Shown here: piece by piece, positions 26,213-39,019 of the stretch | Layout: every line of letters begins with the position of its first letter | Numbering within the stretch: the first letter of the stretch is position 1 | NCBI RefSeq assembly: GCF_000150275.1 | Contig: NW_002060945.1 | Span: 4,575,397 to 4,639,396, forward strand | Source: Trichoplax adhaerens | Lineage: Eukaryota; Animalia; Placozoa | DNA: 64,000 bases | Direction: 5' to 3' | Notes under the pieces: generated by a model | The model's database searches: none | What the model saw: the letters and a program-made list of their open reading frames with translations, nothing else | Told to the model about the DNA's origin: nothing | Made by a program: the position numbers and the translations under genes

Positions 26213-27995
26213 GCTGGCGATTTCTCCCTCCACCTGTACTGCACACTGCGACTGTACGAGTGTACGTACGCTACAAGTCAAGCCGAAGCCCGACTTGAAC
26301 CGGAGTCCGAGGGAGGCGTTCAGCTGAAGGAATTCTGTGCCGATACAGTGTACACTGTACAGTATAGCGATGGCACTCATTTCGGGTTCGAAAATGAAGG
26401 GTTGAGGCCGTGCAATCTTACTCCACTGTGTCTGTGTTCAAAAGCAAATTGTCCCTGATGTTTTACGCAGCTATCATGAATATGTCGGACATCGTTTTGG
26501 GATGTCTCATCATGATTCATGATATATACGTATACAGTACAGCATCAATTATTTAAAATTTAAAATTTCTGGCAATTTCTACCTCCACCAGTACAGTACA
26601 GTGTATACTCAGTACAGTGTACAGTACTGTACATTGTACAAGTCAAGCCCAAACCGGACTTGAACCCGAGTCCGAGGGAGGCGTTCAGCTGAAGGAATTC
26701 TGTTGCCGATACAGTGTACACTGTACCGTATAGCGATGGCACTCATTTCGGGTTCGAAAATGAAGGGTTGAAGCCGTGCAATCTTACCCCACTGTGTCTG
26801 TGTTCAAAAGCAAATTGTCCCTGATGTTTTACGCAGCTATCATGAATATGTCGGACATCGTTTTGGGATGTCTCATCATGATTCATGATATATACGTATA
26901 CAGTATCAATTATTTAAAATTTAAAATTTCTGGCAATTTCTACCTCCACCAGTACAGTACAGTGTACAGTACTGTACAAGTCAAGCCCAAACCCGACTTA
27001 AACCCGAGTCCGAGGGAGGCGTTCAGCTGAAGGAATTCTGTTACCGATACAGTGTACACTGTACAGTATAGCGATGGCACTCATTTCGGGTTCGAAAATG
27101 AAGGGTTGAAGCCGTGCAATCTTACCCCACTGTGTCTGTGTTCAAAAGCAAATTGTCCCTGATGTTATACGCAGCTATCGTGAATATGTCGGACATCGTT
27201 TTGGGATGTCTCATCATGATTCATGATATATACGTATACACTATACAGTATCAATTATTTAAAGTTTAAAATTTCTGGCAATTTCTACCTCCACCTGTAC
27301 AGTGTACAGTACAGTGTACAGTACAGTGTACACTCAGTACGGTGTACTGTACTGTACAAGTCAAGCCTAAACCCGACTTGAACCAGAGTCCGAGGGAGGC
27401 ATTCAGCTTAAGCAATTCTCTGTTGCCGATACAGTATTTGTATAGCGATTGCACTCATTTCGGGTTAGAAAATGAATTGGATCGGGTTGAGGCGGTGCAA
27501 TCTTACCTCACTGCTCCACTGTGTCTGTGTTCAAAAGCAAATTGTCCCTGATGTTTTACGCAGCTATCATGAATATGTCGGACATCGTTTTGGGATGTCT
27601 CGTCATGATTCATGATATATACGTATACAGTATAAATTATTATTTAAAATTTAAAATTTCTGGCAATTTCTACCTCCACCTGTACTGTACAGTGTTCTTA
27701 CAAGTCAAGCCGAAACCCAAGTCCGAGAGAGGCATTCAACTAAAGGAATTCTGCTGCTGATACAGTACAGTGTTTGCATTGCGATTGCACTCATTTCGGC
27801 TTAGAAAATGAACAATTGGATCGGGTTGAGGCGGTGCAATCTTACCCCACTATTCCACTGTGTCTGTGTTCAAAAGCAAATTGTCCCTGATGTTTTTACG
27901 CAGCTATCATGAATGTGTCGGACATCGTTTTGGGATGTCTCATCATGATTCATGATATATACGTATACAGCATATATATTATTTAAAGTTTAAAG
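26213..27995. repeat. Tandem array of five ~340-380 bp units between the RPL36 3' end and the ubiquilin promoter
   Basis: Anchor CAAGTCAAGCC at 26274, 26639, 26977, 27357 and 27701 (periods 365, 338, 380, 344); length differences arise largely in embedded TACAG tracts. Confidence 0.97.
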
Positions 27996-28355
27996 TATCG
28001 TTAAATATTCCTTTTGCATTTCATCTACCCAAAAGGAGTCTTCGAATGAGACTTGACAGGAGTCAATATTGTACTATCTAACAGAAAGGCAGTATAACAT
28101 CCATACGGTAATGCGATATTATTACGTATTGGACTTGATCAATTTCACTTCCTCATGCAATCATAAGTTATAGTACTGTAGCTAACTCGAATTAACCGAA
28201 TGCTTCTTGGCGCAACCTTTTCAGTTCAATACAGCAGTGGGAAGAACAAATTTACAGTCGCAAGTACATAAGGAGATCAAAATTTATCTTTTATTATGTG
28301 GCAGTCGTATTTTACCGCATATCTCAACACATGCTTTTTTTACATTAGTACAATG

Positions 28356-29371
28356 TTAATGCTGAGCTTTTCTCATTTGTTGGAGGATACGTCCAAGTTC
28401 ATCTCTCTTCCTCTTACTTCTAGTATGGTTACCAACCTTTAATATACAAGTCAATCAGAATTTAATGCTACAGTAATATGCTGTATCCACATAGCTATCA
28501 TGCCCTAATGTTAATTGGCTGATTATAATAATAGTAAGTAAATACAACATTTTAGAATGAAACAGCTAATCAGGAAAATGTTTATATACTCAATTACAGA
28601 TAAAGTATAAATCTATAGAGAATTTATATCTACAGTAGTCCAAGCTATAGTCATTAATCTAGACAGAGGCGAGTTAACAAAACTGTGCGACTTACGCATT
28701 ACTAGCACTTGCTAGTGATTTTATGATGCATTAAGTTGCAAGGTGTAAGAATTCTAAGAACAACTCATCACTATCTACTGATATGCTGGTTCTCACACCG
28801 TAACCTGAGCTATATCTAGGAGTTATATAGATTTAAGCTATTTAAGTCTCTGTATTAATGTATCGACTCACCCTTTTCTTAATGAATTTCAGCGCTCTCT
28901 TATCCCTACCAACTTTGAGCAGTTCCATAACTCTTTTTTCATATGGAGCAAAGCCACTAACTTCACGGACCAGTTCGCGAACAAACCTTACGCGTTTAGA
29001 AGTCGTCTAGTTTAAATATAAAAGTAGTTAACTTAATGGTATTACAGATATGATTCACAGTATCTAATTTGTTATGTCTCCATGTTGAGTTCTTTTTAAC
29101 TTTTGACAATCATCAAATCTAATACTACTATCTCTTTAAAATGTACATTTTATGTAGACATTGCAGTGTACAAGGTGCGTTATAAACTGTCTATTTTTTA
29201 GTACTCTATCTACGTCGTTGTAACCTATTGAGCCGGAGGTTTACACAAAGTATGAATAAGGCGTGCAAGTATTGATAGACTTACTCCCTTTCTTCTTGAA
29301 GGTCGACGCTTAACTGCTATTTTCGTGACACGATGGCCCTTATTAAGGCCTACAGCCATTTCTTCTACCAT
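28356..29371 (-). CDS. RPL36: 60S ribosomal protein L36 (3 coding exons)
   Basis: [17 protein letters not shown]...RPSRRKG|[45 protein letters not shown]|[14 protein letters not shown]...*; AATAAA on the minus strand at 28290-28295. Confidence 0.98.
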
Positions 29372-30168
29372 GTTTACTTATCTAAATATCAAGTATGAGG
29401 GCCAGCTTAATTAATAACGTTCAAACGCAATACACAAGTAATGGTTAAGAAATCAATATTTCAAAAGCCAAAATGAAAAGATTAGAAATCAATCTTAATT
29501 ATCCGTCTGACAGAATGTATGAGTATACAACGTTCATAACTGTAATTAATTCTGAACAAAACACAGCAACAAATAATTCAGGCTGGTTGTCAATAAAAAC
29601 ATATCCTATAGGAGAATGCAATGCCGTAATATGTTCGAAGTATTCACTACTATCTGCAAACACAACTGCATTATTGATCATGATATGCCATTTAGACATC
29701 GAACGTAGCTTAGATCTGCAGAATTAGCCATGCAGACATGTTCAGCAAGTTCTAGAGTAAGATCTATGTACCATGACAGTTTCAACTGTTTCGATGTGTA
29801 TCATTGTCGACATGGAATACAGTACAAAGTAATCGTTGACATGTAAAATCTATTTTCAGGCAATTCAACATTGTACAAAGTAGAGTACACGAAAAGTGGC
29901 TACATCATGGTATCATGTAGCTACCCAGTTTTGTCAGCTTTAGAAGAAATGCAATCCACCACAAGTAATCAATACGTATTTTCAATACTATTACTTCTAT
30001 CGAGTATGATTCAGCATTACAAGTGCAACAAAAATATTCTCTCAATTTTCGTACGTTACTAATTCAAATATCTTTTTAAAAATCCAATATGATGTTGAAT
30101 ACTTGGCTAGGGAACTTAAATTCAATAAAAGTCGTCGTTAAGAACATAGGATTGAAAAGATAAATTAC

Positions 30169-30260
30169 CGATTAAAGGGTAGATCAGGATCACCACAAAT
30201 CTCAAATTAGCTGTTGTGATCTGGTAGCGTCACACAAGGTCAGAATAGGAAAAGGAAGAG
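30169..30260 (-). promoter_or_regulatory. TCT/5'TOP polypyrimidine initiator and non-coding first exon of RPL36
   Basis: Minus strand CTCTTCCTTTTCC at 30260-30248, donor CG|gtaatt at 30168, acceptor tttag about 10 nt before the ATG. Confidence 0.75.
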
Positions 30261-30369
30261 CCAAAAGCTTGACGGGTAATAATATCGTGCATGTGCGCGG
30301 AGATACCGTAGCAGTGATGATCGATTTTTCTGTTCCAAGTCTGTCTCTATGACACTATGACCACCTTCG

Positions 30370-31110
30370 TGCAGTATAGTACTTTGAGTACTGACTACAC
30401 TATACAGTACTGTACACTGTAACTTGAAGACCGGCAGTACGGCATACGCAGTCCGCTGTACTGTAGATATACAGTAGTACGGTACTGTACTTTGAGTACT
30501 GACTGAGTCTACTGACTACACTATACAGTACAGTACAGTACGGTACAGTGCAACTTAAAGACCGCCAGTACGCTACTGTACTATACTGTACACTGAGTGT
30601 ACTGTACAGTGTACATGTGCAGTTGTGCACTGCCATTTGATTAATTTCGATAATTTCGATGGTACCCTGAAAAGATATAATTGTGTAAGCTAAATCAGGT
30701 CCAAACTAGATAAATTCTATATGTAGTTGTAGCCTAATAACTGTGGAGATATCCTTCTACGGGTATATATAAATATTATACAGGAAGTTCAACGGAATAC
30801 ACCTTCGATTTTTTAACGAAGGGATGCAGACTGCAGATACAGTATACTGTACTGTACACTGTACAGTGAGTGAGTGACAGTACAGTACACGTGCCGCTGG
30901 CGTCCGTGGTGTGATACTGTACTTTACTGCACTGTAGGAATGTCCATTGTACAGTATAGCACAGTAGGTATTGATCGCGCGTAGAACCTAACTTCACTAC
31001 AATAGTACAGTACAAAGTCTCGACAGCACAGTACTTTCCTACAATACATTATACTGTGAAACACCTCGCCATAGACCCCACAAAATACACTGCTGCACAC
31101 GCCTGCACTG
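30370..31110. promoter_or_regulatory. TACAG island / bidirectional promoter RPL36-CCT3, with an internal ~110-bp duplication
   Basis: Two TACAG-dense blocks (30370-30630, 30835-31110). GTACTTTGAGTACTGACT...AACTT(G/A)AAGACCG is repeated at ~30379 and ~30487. Confidence 0.7.
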
Positions 31111-31213
31111 TATGAAAGTCCGTGTTCGTGTGGTAACGAATATATCCTGCGCATACTGCGTCTCTCTCATATCCTCGCAACAAGTGTAAAAAGCGACAAC
31201 GAACGTGGTGAAC

Positions 31214-34200
31214 ATGGCAGCTCCTGTCTTGGTTTTGAGTGAGTCTATGAAATGCTGTTTAATGAAATTTTACCTTTTATAATGGTTTAAATGATGCCAA
31301 TTTCTACTTAGGTCAAGGTGCTAAAAGGGAAACCGGTAGAAAAGCACAAGCTGGTAATATTAGGGCTGCTAAAGTAAGTCACCATGTTGCATGGCGTAGA
31401 TAGTGAGATAGCTTTTACAGAACAGTAATTGACAAGTGCCGCCGCGTTGCATCCCACTTGATGATGATCACGCTATATAAAAATCTACTCTTATAAAACA
31501 TAAATGTTTTACAATTACAATGATACTATTATGGAATCGACTATGGTGTCTTATACCGCGATCTCTGATAAAATCTTTTCAACCTATGACTAGACTAATA
31601 GGGAGTCGTACTCTACTTTAACTTTAGTACAATTCATATACGCTGGAGTAATTGTAGAAAGGTTAACGCGTCTGTCATAGTTTAATGTCCAGCGCAAGCC
31701 TAAAAACCAAAATATACCGGTTTACGTTAGTATGAAGCATATATCTACTAAACAAAAATCTGCTAGTTTATACTTATATCAAATATAGACAGTACTAGGT
31801 TAATAAATTCCGCTATGAACTACATGCTTGTTTCGTCACCAAATACTGATGAATTTCTGGTGCAATACTCGCTTGAACCAATAATCGACTAGATGTTTAA
31901 AGGAGATACTATAGTTCAAAATTATTATCAGCCATACAGATATGTTAAAACCTATGGCTGTATTATAAACTTGTGATTGGTTTTATGCTTTTACCACTGA
32001 CTAAAGTTGAACTATCAAATTACGAATGGTTCAATAAAGTTGTAACTTATTGTTCACATTGTATAAATATGATGTAAACGGCATGAAGAACGCAATTATT
32101 TCATCAAAATGTTAAACTCTGAATCTTATAAGTCATATCGTAAATGAAAAGTGATTAATACGTAAATTGCACTGCACTCTTTATCAATATTTTATAACAC
32201 GTTAACAATACTGTAGTGCGTATCGTTTATAATGATTCTCTATTATCATTCACATAATTAGGCTGTTGCAGACGTTATTCGAACATGCTTAGGGCCAAGA
32301 TCAATGTTAAAGGTATGATTACTAAGATAAACTTATTACATGGAGTAGTTATTACAATTTTGTGGTTATTGTATTATTTTCAAGACTACAAAATTATCCT
32401 ATTTTATATCATGTTAGATGAAGTCAAAATAATATATTTATCCTAATTTATCACTTAATTAATTATCTCATGAAAGTTTTAAGGTAGCTATTGTCACCTG
32501 ATATGTAGTAAAACAAGACATACGATAAAAACCACATCATTTATATGAGATAAAAAGTTCGAATAAATTACAAGAACCTCAATAGTAAAGTTATTTGTTA
32601 TTTCTGAAATAGTTAAAGTTACGATGAAATGTTTGATATATATAAGTAATTGATGCATGAAGGATGGCGATTATGAACAATTCACCTGTATCCTTATTCT
32701 GCTGCAGTGTGTTAATGATTATGCTTTCGTAACTGTAAAATCTAGATGTTGATGGATCCAATGGGTGGAATTGTTATGACAAATGACGGAAATGCTATAC
32801 TTCGCGAGGTGCGCTAACATTTAATTTAATTTCAAGGCTTATACCACAGAATGTAGCCGATGTTGATAGTTACGTTCTATCAGTTAAGGACTACTTGAAA
32901 ATTACCAAAGTTGTACAGTGTATGGGGTAGCGCTTACCGTGTATTCAATACAGTATACCTTTATTAATTACTTGTAACCATCTCGATATACTTAACTCTT
33001 CAGATGCATGTACAACATCCTGCAGCCAAGTCGATGATCGAGATTAGCAGAACACAGGACGAAGAAGTAGGCGATGGTACAACTTCAGTAATTGTATTAA
33101 GTAAGTAAACTGCTTTATGGCAAGTCCCAATTTCTACATCTGTAGTATCTATATAGCGGTAATTTTTTAAGGTGTATCGTAGCCATTATCAGTGATAATA
33201 TGATTGTTTTGGTTTATTTGATGATAGCTGGAGAGTTATTAGCCGTAGCTGAGCCCTTTCTAGAACAGAAAATACACCCTACTGTAATAATTAATGCTTT
33301 TCGTCGGGCTCTTGATGATATTATCAAACTAACTAAGGAAAAATTCAGGTAGGAAATACCTTAAAGTTGTAATTTATATACTTATATATATTTTTGATCT
33401 TGTTCTACGACATTAATTCTTCTTAATTCACTTGACGGAAATGACCGGATAGTGTCACTGTTGATACATCTAAAGATGCGGAACTAACTAAAATCGTTAG
33501 TAGCTCCCTGGGGACTAAATTTATTAAAAAATGGTATTTATTTACAAGAATTTGTATTAAATTGCTTTTATTATAACTGCTTATTAAGCCAATAACCATC
33601 ACGGTTGATAATCTTAGGTCAGGTTTAGCCTGTAAGATTGCAATTGATGCTGTTCGTACAGTATTTTTAGAAGAGAATGGACGAAAAGAAATTGATATCA
33701 AAAGATATGCAAAAGTTGAAAAGGTATTGCTGCTTTGTTTGCGCTATGATAATTTGGATCTGATTGTAATTGATTCATAATTTAATTAATAGGTCCCAGG
33801 TGGAACTATGGAAGAATCATGTGTTCTTAACGGGATTATGATCAATAAAGATATAACTCACCCAAAGATGAGAAGGTAACAGCGTGCTGAAACTCTGATA
33901 CTATATTTTCTCAAAATTTAAGTATACCTTTCGTCTAAGTTCTCATGTTATCGTTAACAGGAGGATAGAAAATCCCAGAATTCTTTTATTAGATTGTAAC
34001 TTGGAATATAAGAAAGGGGAAAGTCAAGTACGAATATAAAAAACATTCTTTGCTACCTTACTCTTTACTGATTCGCTAATTTTAATAAATTATTCGCCTT
34101 GAAAATTTTATTTTCTGTAGACAAGCTTAGAAATTACAAAGGAAGAAGACTTTAGGTACCTTCCCTAGATCAACATTCTCAATGATTGTATAGGTGTAAT

Positions 34201-35740
34201 AAAATTTTAATTTTATTCCTTTCTGTCTAACTATGCAGTCGTATATTGGAGCTGGAAGAAAATTACATCAAGCAAATCTGTGATGACATTATTGCTTTGA
34301 AACCAGATTTGGTTATCACTGAAAAAGGAGTTTCAGATCTCGCTCAGCATTATTTGGTAAAAAATAATATAACCGCTATTCGACGCGTTCGAAAGACGGA
34401 TAACAACAGAATCGCTAGGTAACAGTTGTAAATCTTACCGAAAATGAGGATTAGATCTTCTGATGAAGATTTTCTTATAGACTTATGTATTATGATAATT
34501 CTTATGCGGGGTATTATTTAGGCATAGTTTTACACTGATATTTTAGTACGGTCATCATTTTCTGTTTATTGAAGATGAGATCTTCCAATACTAAGGAAGC
34601 ATGACATTGAAATATATGTAATATTACCGATGTTAGAATAAAATAGATGATAGTCACTGATTTAATTGCTAATTAACCATAATTTAGGGCTTGTGGAGCG
34701 ACTGTATGTCATCGAACAGATGAATTACAAGATCAAGATATTGGTACCGAAGCTGGGCTCTTCGAGATCAGGAAAATTGGAGACGAGTAACTAATTTTAT
34801 TTTATACTTCAATTGCGATAGTACTCGTGTAAGTTATAAAACATACTGATTAAAAATTATTTTCTACTTGAAAGGTATTTCACCTTTATCGTTGAGTGCA
34901 AGGATCCAAAGGCTTGTACTATTCTTTTACGTGGTGCTAGTAAGGATATATTAATGGAAGTAAGTTAGGCTAGATCTTACACAAACCTTTCTTCAGAAAA
35001 TCTTTGCAAAGGCCCTAATAACCTGGTTACTGTAATACTGTTTAGGTTGAGAGAAATTTGCAGGATGCTATGTGTGTCGCACGGAATATTATCATTGACC
35101 CTAAACTTGTTCCTGGTGGTGGAGCAATTGAAATGGCACTCTCACAGGTTTTTTACGACACTATCTTATTATGAGTATTGTAACTATCATTAATCCGTAC
35201 GTCTAATCTGTTATGTAATGCATTGAAAGGCATTAGATCAGAAAGCGAGATCTGTTCCTGGAATTCAGCAGTGGCCTTATCAAGCTGTTGCACGTGCCTT
35301 AGAAATAATCCCAAAGACTCTTGTCCAGAATTGTGGTGGCAATTCAATTAGAACTTTAACTGCTTTAAGGGTTAGGGTGGAATGATAGCGTTTTTTTGGC
35401 TTTAAAATTTCATTTTTAACTCAACCGCTTGTTTTTAAGGCAAAACATGCTGCAGATTCTAATACTTGGGGTGTTGATGGAGAAAGTGGAAAAATAGTTG
35501 ATATGAATGAATTTGATGTTTGGGATCCTGTATCTGTTAAGCTACAGACTTACAAAAGTTCAATTGAGGTAAATAAAGTTGTCGGTTCACATGTTCGTAC
35601 AAGTATACTTAATTGTATATATCTAAGTGTGCGTTTCATTTTACTTTCGCTAGACTGCAATCCTACTATTACGGATTGACGATATCGTTTCAGGCATGAA
35701 GAAAAAAGATGAAAAAGCTCCGGGTAAACGCGAAGATTAG
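31214..35740 (+). CDS. CCT3: T-complex protein 1 subunit gamma (multi-exon)
   Basis: [101 protein letters not shown]. Confidence 0.98.
34444..34538 (+). ncRNA. Candidate intronic box C/D snoRNA (or relic) in CCT3
   Basis: C-like ATGAGGA (34444) and CTGATGA (34460), CTGA at 34535. TATTTAGGCATAGTT (34515-34529) is complementary to conserved LSU rRNA AACUAUGCCUGAAUA, but spacing to box D is off. Confidence 0.3.
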
Positions 35741-38700
35741 TTAAAACGTTTCCGAAATTTTTAATTTTATTATTTGACGCAGTAGCGATCCAGTCTTGAA
35801 TGTTAATTAGTAAAGTAATCTAATAAATTAAGACCACGTTTAATAATTACTTTTCAATTAATTAATTAGTTATTTTGTAAACCTTTGAATTTATTTTGGA
35901 TGTGGAGTAGTATATACAATCTAACGAAAAGTTAGATCCTTATTGTACCTGCTACTCCATCTCACCAAAAATCAACATTTGCTTCCTTTATCTAATAAAT
36001 GATTTCGGTAATTGAAAATCAACAGTATTGTTTATTTGTTTTTATGTCATCACCCCTTCGGTTTATTGTTAATTTAATTAGTTAATTATACGAGTATTAC
36101 GCAAGTAAGGTGAGCTCATACAATAGGGAATAAAAAGTAATTAAAAGTAACATACTGTGATTATAAATTTACTTTAACTTCATATACTGCATTAGTTATT
36201 GAGATCGAAGTTTGATGTATAACGATGGCAACTCAAATACAGTGTAAAAGTAATTAATCTTTCCATAGTACGCGTTTAGTAACTACTATTAATGTGTTAT
36301 GCCTACGGGCTGTGAAAGTTACGAGTTGATTACAACTATTATATGGTGCGTGTAAATAGTAAATTAAAATTGGTGTGAAGACATGCGAAGTAAGCCTGTA
36401 AACTTAACAACATGGACTACCAGAAGAAGTCTTTTGTCAGTCAGTGGCTAACTTAATTGATTTAAGCCTACTTTTGTTGAAGAGGAATTAATAGCTAGAA
36501 CTGGATATTCCTTTTCGCCTTGTTTGATTAAAATGCGCACAGACCAACAGGCAGTCTGAGTGCACAATCTAGATATGAAACTACGATATAATATTCCGCG
36601 AATTTACTCGGTAGTATGACTACATCCATGATACATTATGGACGGCTATAGGGTGGACACGGTATTTTTCTCATTTTTGTTTCTTTAACAAATTTTATAT
36701 CCGTACATTGTAATTGCAGATACCGCCACGTGTGCCAATTTAATTGTCAAACTGCTCTAAAATTCTGCAATTACATTACAATTGTAAATAGTGTGCATGC
36801 CATATAAAGCCGTCATTATCAATCATTAAATTAAGATGATAAACAGAGGTAGTTAACTTCATAACACAATTTTATGTTTTTACATTAACTCTTTACCACG
36901 CATACAATTTTCTTGCCTTCTTCTGTATGTTAGTCAGAAGTAGTACGATGATATCGCATTAGCTCAAGATGTTGATACATACTAAGAAATTATAGCCATA
37001 GACTACTAGAAGAAGTCTTCTAATGTAGTTAGCTTTACGCGTATATTTCAACAACCCTAAATCAGCTTCGCTGAATTGTAGAGATAAAATGTGTATTATA
37101 GCAAAATCAATAAGAATTATTGTGTATTATGGAATTACTCTAGCAGGCAATGATTACATGCTTGTAATATTCTACAATTAATTAACCAATATTGAATTAA
37201 TTGATGCAAGATCACATCATCGGTAGATGTGCTGTCATATCATGCTATGAATGATTAGTATTGAATAGCACATAATATCATAATCATCTAAAGGTACCGC
37301 ATCGTGTTATGAACCTGGTAGAACATTGTTGACAATCAAACGAGTTATAATATATATATAATTATATATTATCAAATATTATAATTGTTAATTAATAAAG
37401 CTTGCGTAGAATTGTCATTCTTTATGGCCTTATTGATCATACTGTAGTTTGTAGATACAAATTATGTGCTGAACGGTTTGCTAGCATCGTGGAATACTGC
37501 AGTTATATTTAGTATTACTGGAATCTTAAATCTTTTTATCGATCTAATAAAACTTATTTATAGTTCAAATGAGTCGCTTTATCCCTAGACATGCATAGTC
37601 AAATCTATTCTTGGATTCACTTTGCTAATTTATTTACTGATGTTGTTAATTTAGTCCATTATTAATTAATTATGCCATATTGTGGGCTTGATACTTAATT
37701 TGACATGCGTTATAACACTACGGGTATGTTATCTGTAATATCTGAAACATAAGTAATTTCTACTAGACTACTAGGCACTACTCGGGCATGGGAGGAAGAT
37801 GTTAGTTTCTCATGATTCTATTATATTATACGCGTATATTATCGAGATATTACCTAATAGTATATTTACTCTAATTTACTGAGACCACCATGGTTGAAAA
37901 CTTTAGTCTAAAGGGTTAAATACCAGTATAAACAATATCGACTGGAATTGTTTCCCGATGATGTTGAGATTTACAGAATTTACGAATCTATGCCAATTCG
38001 AGCGAAAATGATTCGATGACAGCTTCTCTATCAGCCATTAGCCCTATCAGAGAGTCAACTTGAATATACGCGCTCGTAGACATAATTGGCCAGTTTCAAT
38101 AATTTGTATGAAATTTATGAATTTGAATTCTCGAATTCAATCAGTGTATGCAGCACCCATAAGCATTAGCAGTAACCTGACTTTCACGTTTTAATTAAAG
38201 TCCCACCCGGTTATTGACTAAATCATATTTCCTATTATAAGGATTTATATCAAACTGTATAGAGTGGCATCCTGTAAAACAATTATACGCTTATATAAAA
38301 TCATCTAAACTAGTCATTTATAATTCAAATAAGCTCCATTAATGATATTCGTCTTTTGCTGTACGTACAGTGTACAGTGTACACTAGATTGGGTTATTTA
38401 ATTAACGATGCATTTTAACTATTGTCTGTAGTCATGGCTGCTTTGATATTTTTTGAATTTATAATATTTGGTAGTAGGCTGCAGCTTAAATTTCCAAAGC
38501 AGTTTAAATCACTTCAAGATGGTGAGTATATTCGTATACTATTGAACTGCTCTGATTGCTTTGTTGATGGTTGTGCACCTGTTTCAATATCAGCACGGTG
38601 TAATACTGCCGAAACGGTACTGACTATCAACTACAGTACCGTGTACTGTATGAGGTGCAGTACAGTATACTGTACACTGTAGTATACAGTAGTAACCCAA

Positions 38701-39019
38701 TCTGCAGGCACAACTACGCCTGTTCACCACTTCCGTAGAATCTTCAATCTGCGCTACTGCAGAGGTTTCTTGATCTCAAGATTATCCTCATCTCGTGATT
38801 ATTGGCTGCACCAGGCTAAAATGAACTTTAGGCAAAGCATCAACGTCTACTATATCTAGTCTAAGTTATAACTGTTAGTAAGAAATTGTTATTGAATTAC
38901 AAATTTGATGATATGTTCATTATTAAATTATAATATTTACTAATGAAGTTGAAAGGAAAATGAATCCTCTTCATAAAATGACTATCGAACGATTTACAAA
39001 CCGAAATTAAATTGCAACA

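Noticed and set aside
26213-27995. Array as CRISPR, hammerhead retrozyme, 5S/snRNA or spliced-leader RNA cluster
   Set aside because: No unique spacers or cas genes; no CUGANGA/GAAA hammerhead core found on either strand; no 5S or U-snRNA similarity. A minus-strand GTAAGAT donor-like site exists in each unit, but the Sm-like ATTTTCG is base-paired and not conserved in units D/E.
31461-31568. ATGATGA...CTGA in CCT3 intron 2 (and a 46-nt ATGATGA...CTGA at 51476-51521) as C/D snoRNAs
   Set aside because: No terminal stem or convincing rRNA antisense element; the second is too short.
36411-37020. 23-bp imperfect direct repeat CAT(G/A)GACTAC(C/T)AGAAGAAGTCTT about 590 bp apart
   Set aside because: Too short, no flanking homology and no LTR/TIR features.
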